From an uncultured Clostridia bacterium (GTDB lineage Bacteria > Bacillota > Clostridia > TANB77 > CAG-508): a DNA stretch of 64,000 nt. Each line of letters begins with the position of its first letter. The stretch's first letter is position 1. Positions 1 through 10,659 of this stretch are shown here, piece after piece. Made by a program: the position numbers and the translations under genes. The DNA lies in NCBI GenBank assembly GCA_944392425.1, contig CALXWM010000001.1, positions 23,589 through 87,588 on the forward strand. Reading direction: 5' to 3'. A model generated the notes under the pieces. That model worked only from the letters and a program-made list of their open reading frames with translations. It made no database searches and was not told the origin of the DNA.

Positions 1-3000
1 AATATAGTTTGTAGCTCTACATCCACCACCTGTTTGTGACATTATTAATGCGGTTTTATTTAAGTCATATTTGCCTGATTCTAATGCTTCAATCATTTGA
101 CCTGTTGTAAGTATAGATGGATAGCAAGCATCATTATTTACGTATTTTAAACCTACTTCAACTGTGTGTGGAGTGCATTCTTTAAGCAAATGTACATGGT
201 ATCCACAAGCTTCAACTGCTGATTCTAATAATTCAAAATGAACAGGTGCCATTTGTGGAATTAATATTGTATAGTCTTTACGCATATCTTTTGTAAATAT
301 TTTCTTGTCAATTTCATAATTTCCATTATTAGAATTTTCAGATTTCTTTTTAGCAATTCTTTTATTCATACTAGCTAGTAGTGAACGAATACGAATTCTT
401 ACAGCTCCCAAGTTATTAACTTCATCTATTTTTATTAATGTGTACATTTTATCATAGCTTGATAATATTTCTTCAACTTGGTCAGTTGTTACTGCATCTA
501 CACCACAACCAAATGAGTTTAATTGTACTAATTCTAAATTATCATGTTTGCCAACAAAATCTGCTGCTGCATAAAGTCTTGCATGATATACCCATTGGTC
601 AACAACTCTAATTGGTCTTTTTACTTCTGTTTGATTACTTATACTATCTTCAGATAATACGCATAATCCTAAACTTGTAATAAGTGTATCTATACCGTGA
701 TTTATTTCAGGGTCTACGTGGTATGGTCTACCTGCTAAAACAATGCCATGAACATTATTTTTTTCCATATATTCTAAAGCTTCTTCACCTTTTTTGCGAA
801 CATCATCTTTGAAATGTTGATACTCTGTTTCAGCTTCTTTTGCAGCTTCTAATAATTCTTTTTTAGTGAAATTATATTCTTCAAATTCAGGTAAAGACAT
901 TATTGTTTCAGCCAACTTCTTTGGTTCAAAAGGCAAAAATGGATTTAAGAATTTTATACCTTTTTCTTTTAATTCAGGAATATTATTTTTTAATACTTCT
1001 GAGTAAGATATAACTATTGGGCAGTTATAATGGTTATCTGCTTTTGTGTATTCTTTTCTTGAAAATGGCATACAAGGGTAAAATATTGTTTTAATACCTT
1101 TATTAATTAAACTTATAATATGCCCATGTGAAAGTTTTGCAGGATAGCAAACTGATTCAGATGGCATTGATTCCATACCCTTTTCGTATGTTTTTCTATT
1201 ACTCTTTTCTGATACTACTACTCTAAAACCAAGTTTAGTTAAGAATGTAAACCAGAAAGGATAATCTTCATACATATTTAAAACTCTAGGAATGCCAATT
1301 GTTCCACGTTTTGCATCTTTTTCTTCTAGTGGAGTATAGTTAAATAATCTTTCAAATTTGTACTTGTAAAGGTTTGGTAATTCTTTTTTTCCTGTAACTA
1401 TTCCTTCTCCTTTTTCACATCTATTTCCGGAAATATGTCTTTGACCATTGCTAAATTTATTAATTGTAAGTAAACAATGATTTTCACATCCATTACAACG
1501 AACATGAGAAGTTTCAATTTTTAATTTATCTAAATCTTCTTCTTTAGATATTTTAGACATATATTCCATATCCATGTTTGCTTCAAATTGTTTTCTAGCG
1601 AGTATAGCTACACCATAAGCACCCATTAAACCTGCAATATCTGGTCTTATAACTTCTTTACCAACAATAAGTTCAAATGCACGTAAAACAGCATCATTAT
1701 AGAATGTACCACCTTGTACAACTATATGTTTACCAAGCGTATTTACATCTCTTACTTTCATAACTTTTTGAATAGCATTTTTTATAACTGAATATGAAAG
1801 TCCAGCTGAAATATCTCCTACTGTTGAGCCTTCTTTTTGAGCTTGTTTTATTTTAGAGTTCATAAATACTGTGCATCTTGAACCTAAATCAACAGGATTA
1901 CGTGATTCTAGAGCAGCTTTTACAAAATCTTCAATAGATAAATTTAAGCTTTTTGCAAAAGTTTCTATAAATGAACCACAACCTGATGAACAAGCTTCAT
2001 TAAGCATAATATTGTTGATTGTGCCATCTTTAATTTTGATATATTTCATATCCTGACCACCAATATCTACAATACTAGTAACATCAGGTAAAAATCTTTG
2101 TGCAGCTGTGTAGTGTGCAATTGTTTCTATTTCGTTCAAATCAACATTTAAAGCAGTTTGAATTAATTTTTCACCATAACCAGTTACACCACTATATCTT
2201 ATTTTTGCATCTTTAGGTAATACTTTGTATAAATCTCTTAGCATTTGCATAACGCTTTTTAGAGGATTACCTTCATTGCTACGATATAATGAATATAAAA
2301 GTTTATCATTGCTATCTGTAACAACTAATTTTGTAGTTGTTGAACCAGCATCTATACCAATAAAGCAATCACCTTTAAAGTTTTTTAAATTACCTTTTTC
2401 TACTTTGTCTTTGTCATGTCTTTCTTTAAATTCCTTATAGTCTTCATCTGTTACAAATAATGGTTCAAGTGGTGTTGATGTAGAATCATGAGATGCTTTT
2501 AACATTTGAATTTTAGCTTTTAGTTTTTCATTAGAAATAGGTTTATTTTCTATTGAATCTAAAGCTGCACCCTTTGCAACAAGTAAATGTGCATTTTCAG
2601 GAACTATTGTTTGTTCAGGTGTTAAATGTAAAGTCTCAATAAATCTTTGTCTTAATTCAGATAAATAATTTAAAGGACCTCCTAAAAATGCTATATTTCC
2701 TCTTATAGGTCTACCACAAGCTAATCCACTTATTGTTTGATTAACAACTGCTTGGAAAATTGAAGCAGCAATATCCTCTTTATCTGCACCTTCGTTTAAA
2801 AGTGGTTGTACGTCAGTTTTTGCAAAAACGCCACAACGAGAAGCTATTGGATAAATCATTTTATGCTTCTTAGCAAGTTCATTTAGACCTTGAGAATCAG
2901 TATTTAAAAGTGATGCCATTTGGTCTATAAATGCACCTGTACCACCTGCACAAGTACCATTCATTCTTTGCTCAATTGATTTACCAAAGTACACTATTTT

Positions 3001-3324
3001 AGCATCTTCTCCACCAAGCTCAATAACTACATCTGTTTGAGGTATGTATTTTTCAACAGCTCTTTTACAAGCAACAACCTCTTGTATAAAAGGTAGGTCT
3101 AAAAATCTTGCTGCTGACATAGCACCAGAACCTGTTAAAGCTATTGTATATGTATAATCTTTATAATCTTCGGCAAGTTTTTCTAAAACTTGGCATACTG
3201 TATTTTTAGTATCTGAAAAATGTCTTTGGTAATTTTCGTATATAATATTTAGGTCTTCGTCCATTACAACGATTTTAACTGTTGTTGAACCAACGTCAAG
3301 ACCAACATGTAATGTATTACTCAT
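1..3324 (-). CDS. CoA-substrate-specific enzyme activase family protein (fused BadF/BadG/BcrA/BcrD-type ATPase plus 2-hydroxyacyl-CoA dehydratase-like domains). Partial: the C-terminus lies beyond the window start.
   Basis: The reverse-strand frame is open from an ATG at 3324 to position 1. The RBS AAGGTG lies upstream. The N-terminus reads [24 protein letters not shown], an acetate/sugar-kinase-fold ATPase motif. A second DAGSTTTK ATPase repeat occurs later, followed by a Cys-rich HgdB-like region. Six-frame ORFs listed on the plus strand here are antisense noise. Confidence 0.7.
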   Translation of the reverse strand, partial: MSNTLHVGLDVGSTTVKIVVMDEDLNIIYENYQRHFSDTKNTVCQVLEKLAEDYKDYTYTIALTGSGAMSAARFLDLPFIQEVVACKRAVEKYIPQTDVVIELGGEDAKIVYFGKSIEQRMNGTCAGGTGAFIDQMASLLNTDSQGLNELAKKHKMIYPIASRCGVFAKTDVQPLLNEGADKEDIAASIFQAVVNQTISGLACGRPIRGNIAFLGGPLNYLSELRQRFIETLHLTPEQTIVPENAHLLVAKGAALDSIENKPISNEKLKAKIQMLKASHDSTSTPLEPLFVTDEDYKEFKERHDKDKVEKGNLKNFKGDCFIGIDAGSTTTKLVVTDSNDKLLYSLYRSNEGNPLKSVMQMLRDLYKVLPKDAKIRYSGVTGYGEKLIQTALNVDLNEIETIAHYTAAQRFLPDVTSIVDIGGQDMKYIKIKDGTINNIMLNEACSSGCGSFIETFAKSLNLSIEDFVKAALESRNPVDLGSRCTVFMNSKIKQAQKEGSTVGDISAGLSYSVIKNAIQKVMKVRDVNTLGKHIVVQGGTFYNDAVLRAFELIVGKEVIRPDIAGLMGAYGVAILARKQFEANMDMEYMSKISKEEDLDKLKIETSHVRCNGCENHCLLTINKFSNGQRHISGNRCEKGEGIVTGKKELPNLYKYKFERLFNYTPLEEKDAKRGTIGIPRVLNMYEDYPFWFTFLTKLGFRVVVSEKSNRKTYEKGMESMPSESVCYPAKLSHGHIISLINKGIKTIFYPCMPFSRKEYTKADNHYNCPIVISYSEVLKNNIPELKEKGIKFLNPFLPFEPKKLAETIMSLPEFEEYNFTKKELLEAAKEAETEYQHFKDDVRKKGEEALEYMEKNNVHGIVLAGRPYHVDPEINHGIDTLITSLGLCVLSEDSISNQTEVKRPIRVVDQWVYHARLYAAADFVGKHDNLELVQLNSFGCGVDAVTTDQVEEILSSYDKMYTLIKIDEVNNLGAVRIRIRSLLASMNKRIAKKKSENSNNGNYEIDKKIFTKDMRKDYTILIPQMAPVHFELLESAVEACGYHVHLLKECTPHTVEVGLKYVNNDACYPSILTTGQMIEALESGKYDLNKTALIMSQTGGGCRATNYI

Positions 3325-3604
3325 ATAAAATTCACCTTATTTAAAAATTTAGGTTTTTAAGGTTACCTATAAACCTAAATTTTATATCCTTATTTATAAA
3401 AAAATAAGAACACAAAATCTCTACCATATTGTATATGCAAAAGACTTATTTGTCAATAACTAAAGATTGGCAAAATGCCTAATAATACTGTAATTCTCGC
3501 AAAAATGAGTTATATGTGTTTTTTACGAAAATATAAAAATTAAGTTATATTTAGATTATTTATTTCATAGTATTTGATAGAAAAATCTTTAAAGGAAGGA
3601 CAAA

Positions 3605-4135
3605 ATGTATATGAAAAAAATGTTTATTTTAAAGGTAGTTATAATTATTGCTATTATTTCTATATTGGCTATATTAATTGTTTTAAATTTTTCCACAGAA
3701 GTGGTAGAAAATGTGGAAAATGAAACTGTAATTGAGCCAGAAGAAGAGATTTCAGAAGAACAAATGAGGCAAACCGCAATCACATTATATTTTGAAGATA
3801 AAGAGAGTATGCAATTAGTAACAGAAGAGAAAAAAGTTGATGCCAAAGATTTGGTGGATAATCCATATTTATATATAGTAAATTTATTAATATTAGGACC
3901 AAATAGTGAGAATTTACAAAATCCTATACCTGAAGGAACAAAGGTTAATAAGGCAGAACTTAATGGAGATTGTGTTACTGTTGATTTATCCCAGGAATTT
4001 TTAAATAGTAGTGGAACAAATGCTATTTATGCTATAGTAAATTCTTTAACTGAATTAAAAGAAGTAAATAGCGTAAAGTTTTTAATTGATGGTGAAGAAC
4101 AAGATAATATGAAAGAGGCATTTGTGAGAAAGTAA
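3605..4135 (+). CDS. GerMN domain-containing membrane-anchored protein (sporulation/germination-associated)
   Basis: An N-terminal TM helix is followed by a GerMN-like region (TLYFEDKESMQL...VTVDLSQEF...VNSVKFLIDGEE). The RBS AAGGAAGGA lies upstream. Confidence 0.55.
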   Translation: MYMKKMFILKVVIIIAIISILAILIVLNFSTEVVENVENETVIEPEEEISEEQMRQTAITLYFEDKESMQLVTEEKKVDAKDLVDNPYLYIVNLLILGPNSENLQNPIPEGTKVNKAELNGDCVTVDLSQEFLNSSGTNAIYAIVNSLTELKEVNSVKFLIDGEEQDNMKEAFVRK

Positions 4136-4140
4136 AGTTT

Positions 4141-4329
4141 GTTACTATTCACAGCTATACATCTTAACTAAGTCTCCAATATACATTCTGCCGCATTTGC
4201 TTCGAGGTTTCGCTATTCGCGAAAACTCTCGCTCGCTGCCACTCCGCTCCTACGTCGTCTGCGTTCGCTGAAATGCTTTAGAACATATATTGGAGACTTT
4301 ATATAAATAATATAACTGAGAATAGTAAC
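4141..4329. repeat. Long imperfect palindromic element P1a (filled form) in the 3' UTR of the GerMN gene
   Basis: Outer inverted repeat GTTACTATTC (4141-4150) / GAATAGTAAC (4320-4329). Inner inverted repeat CTAAGTCTCCAATATACATTC (4168-4188) / GAACATATATTGGAGACTT (4281-4299). Core hairpin GAGGTTTCGC-TATTC-GCGAAAACTC. The core is shared with 27958-28103. Confidence 0.6.
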
Positions 4330-4340
4330 AAAATTTTAAT

Positions 4341-4379
4341 AAACCCTTAAATGTTATGATTTAAAGGGTTTATTTTTTA
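4341..4379 (+). terminator. Rho-independent terminator
   Basis: Hairpin AAACCCTTAAAT...TTAAAGGGTTT followed by a T-run. Confidence 0.55.
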
Positions 4380-4406
4380 CCAGAAATATGCTATACTAAA
4401 ACTATT

Positions 4407-5126
4407 ATGGAAAGAATAGATGATTTACAATATAAAGGTTTAAAAATAATTCAAAACACAGAAGGCTTTTGCTTTGGCATAGATAGTGTCTTACTTACAG
4501 AATTTGCAAAGGATATGAAAAAGCATAGTTCAATAGTAGATTTGGGAGCAGGCACAGGGATAATAGGAATATTACTTAGTAAAAAGGTAGAAGCTTCAAA
4601 AATAGTCGGTGTCGAAGTTCAAAATGATGTAGCCCAAATGGCTAAAAGAAGTGTTGAATTAAATAATCTACAAAATATAATGAGCATAGTTAATGAAGAT
4701 GTGCAAAATCTAAGTTTAGAAAAAAACTCTTTTGACTATGTAGTAACAAATCCACCATATAAGAAAAAAGGTACGGGAATTATAAATCAAAAAGATAAAC
4801 AAATAATTTCAAGGCATGAAACAACAGTAGATTTAGAGGGATGGATAAAGGTTGCAAGTAAATTATTAAAAGATAATGGTGCAATATATATGGTGCATAG
4901 ACCTGAAAGGCTTAATGAAATAATAGAAATATTAAGAAAATATAGGTTAGAACCAAAAAGAATAAGATTTGTATATCCTAAAATAGATAAAGATGCAAAT
5001 TTAGTATTAATAAAAGCTGTAAAATATGCAAATTCTTTCCTTAAAGTAGAGAAGCCATTAATAATATATAAAAATGACGGAAGTTATACAGATGAAATAT
5101 TAAAAATATATGAAGAGGGAAAATAA
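4407..5126 (+). CDS. Class I SAM-dependent methyltransferase, tRNA (adenine37-N6)-methyltransferase (TrmN6/YfiC)-like
   Basis: SAM motif I DLGAGTGIIGI. N6-adenine MTase motif IV NPPY (VTNPPYKKK). Confidence 0.6.
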   Translation: MERIDDLQYKGLKIIQNTEGFCFGIDSVLLTEFAKDMKKHSSIVDLGAGTGIIGILLSKKVEASKIVGVEVQNDVAQMAKRSVELNNLQNIMSIVNEDVQNLSLEKNSFDYVVTNPPYKKKGTGIINQKDKQIISRHETTVDLEGWIKVASKLLKDNGAIYMVHRPERLNEIIEILRKYRLEPKRIRFVYPKIDKDANLVLIKAVKYANSFLKVEKPLIIYKNDGSYTDEILKIYEEGK

Positions 5127-5954
5127 ATGGGAAAAGGAACTTTATATTTAGTTGCAACTCCAATTGGCAATTTAGAAGATATAACATTGAGAGCCATAAG
5201 AATTTTAAAAGAAGTAGATTTAATTGCAGCAGAAGATACAAGACAAACATTAAAATTATTAAATCATTTCGAAATATCAAAAAAATTAATTAGTTATCAT
5301 AGGCATAATGAAGATATAAAAAAAGATTTATTAATAGAAAAATTATTAGAGGGGCAAAATATAGCTATTGTTACAGATGCAGGAACTCCGGCTATTTCAG
5401 ACCCGGGAGAAGAAATCGTAAAAGAAGCAATAAAAAACAATATTAAAGTAATTCCAATACCGGGAGCTTGTGCTTTAATAAATGCACTTATTGCTTCTGG
5501 ACTAGATACAAAAGAATTTTCTTTTTATGCTTTTTTACCATTAAATAAAAAATTAAGAAAAAATAAATTTGAAGAAATAAAAAAAGACGGAAAAACTGCA
5601 ATAATATATGAGGCTCCACATAAATTAATAAATACTTTAAATGATGTATTAAATAGTTTAGGAGATAGGAATATTGTTTTAGCAAGAGAACTTACAAAAA
5701 TACATGAAGAATTTATTAGAGGTAAGGCAAGCGAAATAATAAATAAATATAAAGAAACTGAACCTAAGGGAGAATTTATTATATTGATTGAAGGAATTAA
5801 AATTAAAGAAGAAAATAATTTAAATAATTTAAGTTTAGAAGAACATTATAAATATTATGAGAATCAGGGTCTAGACAAAAAAGAAATAATTAAAAAAATA
5901 GCTAAAGATAGAAATGTAAATAAAAATGAAATTTATCAGAAATTTATAAAATAA
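5127..5954 (+). CDS. rsmI: 16S rRNA (cytidine1402-2'-O)-methyltransferase RsmI
   Basis: N-terminus GTLYLVATPIGNLEDITLRAI..AAEDTR is diagnostic of the RsmI/tetrapyrrole-methylase fold. Conserved synteny with abrB. Confidence 0.9.
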   Translation: MGKGTLYLVATPIGNLEDITLRAIRILKEVDLIAAEDTRQTLKLLNHFEISKKLISYHRHNEDIKKDLLIEKLLEGQNIAIVTDAGTPAISDPGEEIVKEAIKNNIKVIPIPGACALINALIASGLDTKEFSFYAFLPLNKKLRKNKFEEIKKDGKTAIIYEAPHKLINTLNDVLNSLGDRNIVLARELTKIHEEFIRGKASEIINKYKETEPKGEFIILIEGIKIKEENNLNNLSLEEHYKYYENQGLDKKEIIKKIAKDRNVNKNEIYQKFIK

Positions 5955-5996
5955 TAAAAAATTAAAATAATTAATAATCAATAGAAAAATAAATAA

Positions 5997-6025
5997 AAGT
6001 CTACCTCTGAAGTAGACTTTTTTAT
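5997..6025. terminator. Bidirectional rho-independent terminator between rsmI and abrB
   Basis: Hairpin AAGTCTACCTCTGAAGTAGACTT with a T-run on the plus strand and an A-run on the other. Confidence 0.55.
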
Positions 6026-6042
6026 GTATATATTGTTTTTCG

Positions 6043-6288
6043 TTAGTTAAGTTTTTTCATTTCACTTAAGCATTTTGCACAAACGTTTTTGCCTTTGTAA
6101 GGAGTGACATCTTTAGAACTTCCACAAAATATGCAATCAGGTTCGTATTTTCTAAGCATAATTGTTGTTCCTTCTACATATATTTCTAGTGGGTCGTTGC
6201 TAGAAATATCTAGTTTGTTTCTCATTTCCATTGGTATTACAAATCTTCCTAATTCATCAATTTTTCTAATTATTCCAGTTGATTTCAT
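6043..6288 (-). CDS. abrB: Transition-state regulator AbrB (AbrB/MazE/SpoVT swapped-hairpin family)
   Basis: MKSTGIIRKIDELGRFVIPMEMRNKLDI..LEIYVEG matches the AbrB N-domain. It lies downstream of rsmI as in Bacillus. A TGn extended -10 lies upstream. Confidence 0.85.
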   Translation of the reverse strand: MKSTGIIRKIDELGRFVIPMEMRNKLDISSNDPLEIYVEGTTIMLRKYEPDCIFCGSSKDVTPYKGKNVCAKCLSEMKKLN

Positions 6289-6417
6289 ATTTTTCCTCCC
6301 AATCTTTTAAAAATTCGTAAATATTATAACATAAATTTTGGAAAAAAGCTAGTATAATTCTAAAAATATTTGAATATATTTGGAAATAGTAGCATTATTT
6401 TTATGAGAGGATATAAA

Positions 6418-7002
6418 ATGTTAAATTATATTTGGCCTATTCTAATATTGGCTTCTTTTATATATGCAATTTTTAGTGGAAATGTACAAAATCTAAATAG
6501 TTCAATTTTTAAATCTCTTGAAGAAGTTATCACTCTTTCTATGACTCTAGTTGGTACGATGTGTTTATGGTGTGGTATGATGGAAATAGTAAAAAATACA
6601 TCAATAATGAAAAAAATAATAAGAATGCTAAGACCAGTACTAAATTGGCTTTTTCCAGAGAGCAAAAATAATGAAGAAGCAATGGAAAATATATCGATGA
6701 ACACAATTTCAAATATATTAGGATTAGGAAATGCATCAACTCCAGCAGGAATTAAGGCTATGGAGAGCCTACAAAAAGAAAATAAGAATAAACAAAAATT
6801 AAGTAATTCTATGTTAATGTTAATTGTTTTAAATACTACATCGATAGAGCTCATACCAACAACAGTAATTGCAATAAGAACATCTTTAAATGCACAAAAT
6901 CCTGCTGATATAATTATTCCAATATGGTTTGCAACAATAATAGGAACAGTAGTAGGGGTGATATCTACTAAAATTTTAATAAAAAGGAGTAAAAATAAAT
7001 GA
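6418..7002 (+). CDS. spmA: Spore maturation protein A (nucleoside-recognition/Gate domain)
   Basis: MLNYIWPILILASFIYAI... membrane protein paired with spmB. RBS AGAGGA 7 nt upstream. The track ORF starts 48 nt earlier. Confidence 0.75.
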   Translation: MLNYIWPILILASFIYAIFSGNVQNLNSSIFKSLEEVITLSMTLVGTMCLWCGMMEIVKNTSIMKKIIRMLRPVLNWLFPESKNNEEAMENISMNTISNILGLGNASTPAGIKAMESLQKENKNKQKLSNSMLMLIVLNTTSIELIPTTVIAIRTSLNAQNPADIIIPIWFATIIGTVVGVISTKILIKRSKNK

Positions 7003-7508
7003 CATATATTTCAGCAATGATTATTCCTACCATTATCTCAATAATATTAATTGTTGGGTTAAAAGAAAAAAAGAATGTATATGATTTATTTATTAATGGA
7101 GCGAAAGATGGTATAAAAGTCGTATTAAAATTATTCCCTACTTTAATAGGAATTTTTTTAGCTATATATATGCTAAGAAGTTCTGGATTAATTGATTTTA
7201 TATGTAATATAATTTCTAATGTAACAAAAATATTTAGTATACCTAGTGAAATATTGCCATTAGCAATTATTAAGCCTATTTCAGGTAGTGGTTCAATGGC
7301 AATTGCTACAGAAATAATGGCTCATTTTGGCGTAGATAGTAATATAGGAAGAATTGCTGCAACAATTATGGGATCATCTGAAACTACTTTTTATGTAATA
7401 GCTTTATATATGAGTAGCGTAAAAGTTAAAGATGGAAGAAAAGTTGTAATTCCTGCCTTGCTTGCAGATTTAGCTAGTACAATTTCTGCAATTCTATTTT
7501 TAAGTTAA
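6999..7508 (+). CDS. spmB: Spore maturation protein B
   Basis: Overlaps spmA by 4 nt (ATGA coupling). Membrane protein matching the SpmB family. Confidence 0.75.
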   Translation: MTYISAMIIPTIISIILIVGLKEKKNVYDLFINGAKDGIKVVLKLFPTLIGIFLAIYMLRSSGLIDFICNIISNVTKIFSIPSEILPLAIIKPISGSGSMAIATEIMAHFGVDSNIGRIAATIMGSSETTFYVIALYMSSVKVKDGRKVVIPALLADLASTISAILFLS

Positions 7509-9863
7509 AAATTATTTTTATTATATTAAACTAATTAAAAAAATTAAATAGAAATAAAAAAATAAATAAAAAATAATTAAATAAATAAAAAAATTAAATA
7601 AATAAAAAAATAAATAAATAAATAATTAATTAAATAAAAAAATAATTAAATAAAATAAATAATTAAAATAAAAATATAAAAAATAGAAAAACAATTAATA
7701 ATAAATTAAATAAAATATAAAAAAGAAATAAAAATTTTTATTAATGTTAATATAAAAATAAATATGTATATTAAAAAAATATATATAAGATAAAAAACAT
7801 AAAGTTATTTACAAATTGACAAAACTAAATTTAAAATTTAAAAAATAATTTAAAAAATCTTCTGAATAAAAACTCTTAATTACTAGATAAAAATTTAAAT
7901 AAAAATCTAAAATTTATTAAGGAATAAAAGATTTTAAGAATTAACTTGTCTAAAAATAGCAAAACTATAAAACATTTAAATTGTATACATAAAGTAAAAA
8001 ATATATAACTTAATGAACTAAATTATAAAAATAAAATAATATTATTGTCTTTTTGATAAAGTGAGAAGTGTCGAAAAAAAGCAAAAAATGTACAAAAAAA
8101 TGATAAAAAACTTAAAAAATAAATTATAATGGGCAAAATAATAATAAAAAATTAAAAAGAATGAGTGACAAAAAGACAAGATTTAATTTGAATTAATTAT
8201 ATTAATAAAGCATAATTTATTAAAAATTGTAAAAATAATATGAAAAAAGGTAGATAATAATTGGAAAAAATATATTCAAAAGCCTAAGGAATTAGCTAAA
8301 AACAGATTTTTTGAATTTCTTAACAAATTATTTTAATAAGGATAAAATAAATTAAAAATAAATAATTATTTTGAAAAGGTAAAAAATATTTTATTAATAA
8401 TTGTTAAAATGACAAAATTAAATTTACAGTAAATTTAACCTTTTTAGTGTAGAAATATAGTACCAGGTTTAAATATGGAATAAAACTAAAATATTTTATT
8501 AGAATTAATAATTTATATTTTATAAAAAATATAAATTAAACAAAAATATAAATTAAACAAAAATATAAATTAAAGAAAAAAATAAATTAAATAAAAAATA
8601 AATTAAACAAAAAACTAAAATAAATTAAATAAAAAATAAATTAAATAAAAAATAATTAAATAAAATAAATTAAATAAAAATAAATAAAATAAAATAAAAT
8701 AAATTAATAAAATTAAATAAATATTAAATTAAAAATAAATAAAATATTCAGAACTAATTAAACATACCCAAGATATATTTTATTATAATCAAAAAATTGA
8801 TATAGAAGTAAATATATTAAATTAAAAAATTAATATCTATATAAAAAGATAAATATATTATAATATTTTATAAGTTTTAATAAATTAAATGTAAATAAAT
8901 GAATTTGTTTTACAAATTGACAAATCTCGAATTGGTAAAAAAATGAATTCCAGTAAAAATACTTTAAATTGATTTCAACAATTTTGAGTATAAATGATAC
9001 TATGGACTTCTTCAAATACTGAGGAAATAAGACTTTTGAGAAGAAGGTTTAATCTTCTTAAAAGAATTCAAACTTCAAAAAATGGTATACATAAACATTG
9101 AAACGACAATACTGTACAGAAGATGTACTTTTATCAATTGTCTTTTTGAATAAACGAAAAATAAGAAATATAATAAAAAAAGCTTTTTAAAAACTTAAAA
9201 AGCGCAAAAAAATTGAAAAAATGAAATAAAAATTTAATAGATAAAAAAATAATTGATTGGCAAAAAAGCAAAAAATAAAATTGAGTTAATTACATAGAGA
9301 TTAACAAAAAATCGAAATGGCGTCAATAATATGATTTAAAACTAGAGTGTTTTCTGAAAAAATATTTTATTTTTTGCTAAGGGATAGGCAAAAAATTGAA
9401 TTTTTTGCTTTGATGAAAGATTTTGGAACTTTAATTAAATTTATGTAGAATTTTTTAAAGAAAGATTGGAGTGATACAAAAATAAAAAGGACAGTTGTTA
9501 AATTGACAAGATAATGCTAACAACTGAAAATGGTAGAGTATGGCAAAAAAGATAGCTATATATAACACCAGATGGACAATTTAAAAATATAAAATTAAAA
9601 CTGATAATAAATAATAAAAAAATAAAATAATTAAAAAATAAAATAATAAAAAAATAAAATAATTAAAAAATAAAATAATTAAAAAAATAAAATAATTAAA
9701 AAAATAAAATAATAAAAAAATAAAATAATAAAAAAATAAAATAATTAAAAAATAAAATAATTAAATAAAATAAATTAAATTATAATAAAATTAATTAATA
9801 ATAAAAAAATAAACTTAATAAAAATATTAAGCTTATTTTTTAAATAATATTAATTTAATAAAA
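7509..9863. repeat. 2.35-kb non-coding AT-rich (>85% AT) tract with three low-complexity tandem arrays (about 7545-7700, 8520-8720, 9596-9790)
   Basis: No ORF of 60 aa or more on either strand. 17-19 bp units such as AAAATAAAATAATTAAAAA occur about 10 times at 9596-9790. Normal-complexity islands at 8890-9140 and 9290-9560 carry TTGACAA -35-like boxes. Confidence 0.7.
9805..9841. terminator. Bidirectional terminator downstream of the MBL-fold gene
   Basis: Hairpin AACTTAATA...TATTAAGCTT flanked by A/T runs. Confidence 0.45.
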
Positions 9864-10649
9864 TCATAAATTAATTACATTACTTGGTTTTAATCTGCTA
9901 GCAACACATAAAGATAATTCTTTATTTATTTTATTATTAATTATTTCTTCCATTACTGTTTTATAAGCAAGCTCTGGAAAATTATTTTCTTTACTTAAAT
10001 GTCCTAACATTATATTATTTACACCACTTGAAATTAATTTAATTATTGTATCACTAGCTTCCTGATTAGATAAATGTCCATTTGGACCAGCTATTCTTTG
10101 TTTTAAATAATAAGGATATCTTGAATATTTTAATATAGAGGGCTCATAATTTGATTCTAATAATAAAAAATTACTTCCTTCTAATTTTTTTATAATATTA
10201 TTTTCCATATGACCTATATCTGTTGCAACGCTAAGTTTTTTATCATTATTATAAATATTATATCCACAAGGTTCTGCTGCATCATGTGGAATATGAAAAG
10301 GATGAATATCTAAATCTCCTATTTCAAAATGGTCATCAGTATTAAATACTCTTTTATTTTTTTCATCTATTAAATTAGTTTGGTCTGGCATATTATCAAA
10401 AGTTTTTTGATTTGCATATACTGGAATATTATATTTTTTAGAAATTGCGCCTAATGTTTTTACATGATCGCTATGTTCATGTGTAACTATTATTGCATCT
10501 ATTTGAGATAAGTCTTTTCCTATGCTTTCTAAGCCTGTATTTATTTTCTTTTGACTTTCTCCACAATCTATTAACACATTTACGCTGTCTGTTCCAACAA
10601 AAGAGCAGTTACCAGAACTGCCACTATATAAATTACAAAAATTAAACAT
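9864..10649 (-). CDS. MBL-fold metallo-hydrolase (YycJ/WalJ-like)
   Basis: Metallo-beta-lactamase motif VTHEHSDH with downstream Asp/His ligands. Confidence 0.75.
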   Translation of the reverse strand: MFNFCNLYSGSSGNCSFVGTDSVNVLIDCGESQKKINTGLESIGKDLSQIDAIIVTHEHSDHVKTLGAISKKYNIPVYANQKTFDNMPDQTNLIDEKNKRVFNTDDHFEIGDLDIHPFHIPHDAAEPCGYNIYNNDKKLSVATDIGHMENNIIKKLEGSNFLLLESNYEPSILKYSRYPYYLKQRIAGPNGHLSNQEASDTIIKLISSGVNNIMLGHLSKENNFPELAYKTVMEEIINNKINKELSLCVASRLKPSNVINL

Positions 10650-10659
10650 TTGTTATTCC

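Noticed and set aside
6289-6417. Spo0A boxes in the abrB promoter
   Set aside because: Only weak matches such as TTCGTAA were seen in the upstream region. These are not convincing 0A boxes, so they are not called.
8996-9115. 39-codon ORF (MILWTSSNTEEIRLLRRRFNLLKRIQTSKNGIHKH) in the AT-rich tract
   Set aside because: It has no convincing RBS or promoter and its conservation cannot be judged. It is mentioned only as a candidate inside the broader finding.
7545-9790. AT-rich tandem arrays as a possible CRISPR array
   Set aside because: The units are 14-19 bp, low-complexity and contiguous, with no unique spacers of constant length between conserved repeats. No cas genes are present in the window.
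7509-9863. AT-rich gene-free tract as oriC
   Set aside because: No TTATCCACA/TGTGGATAA DnaA boxes are present. dnaA and dnaN are not adjacent. The same repeat motif recurs at 50621-51575 and 52617-52730.
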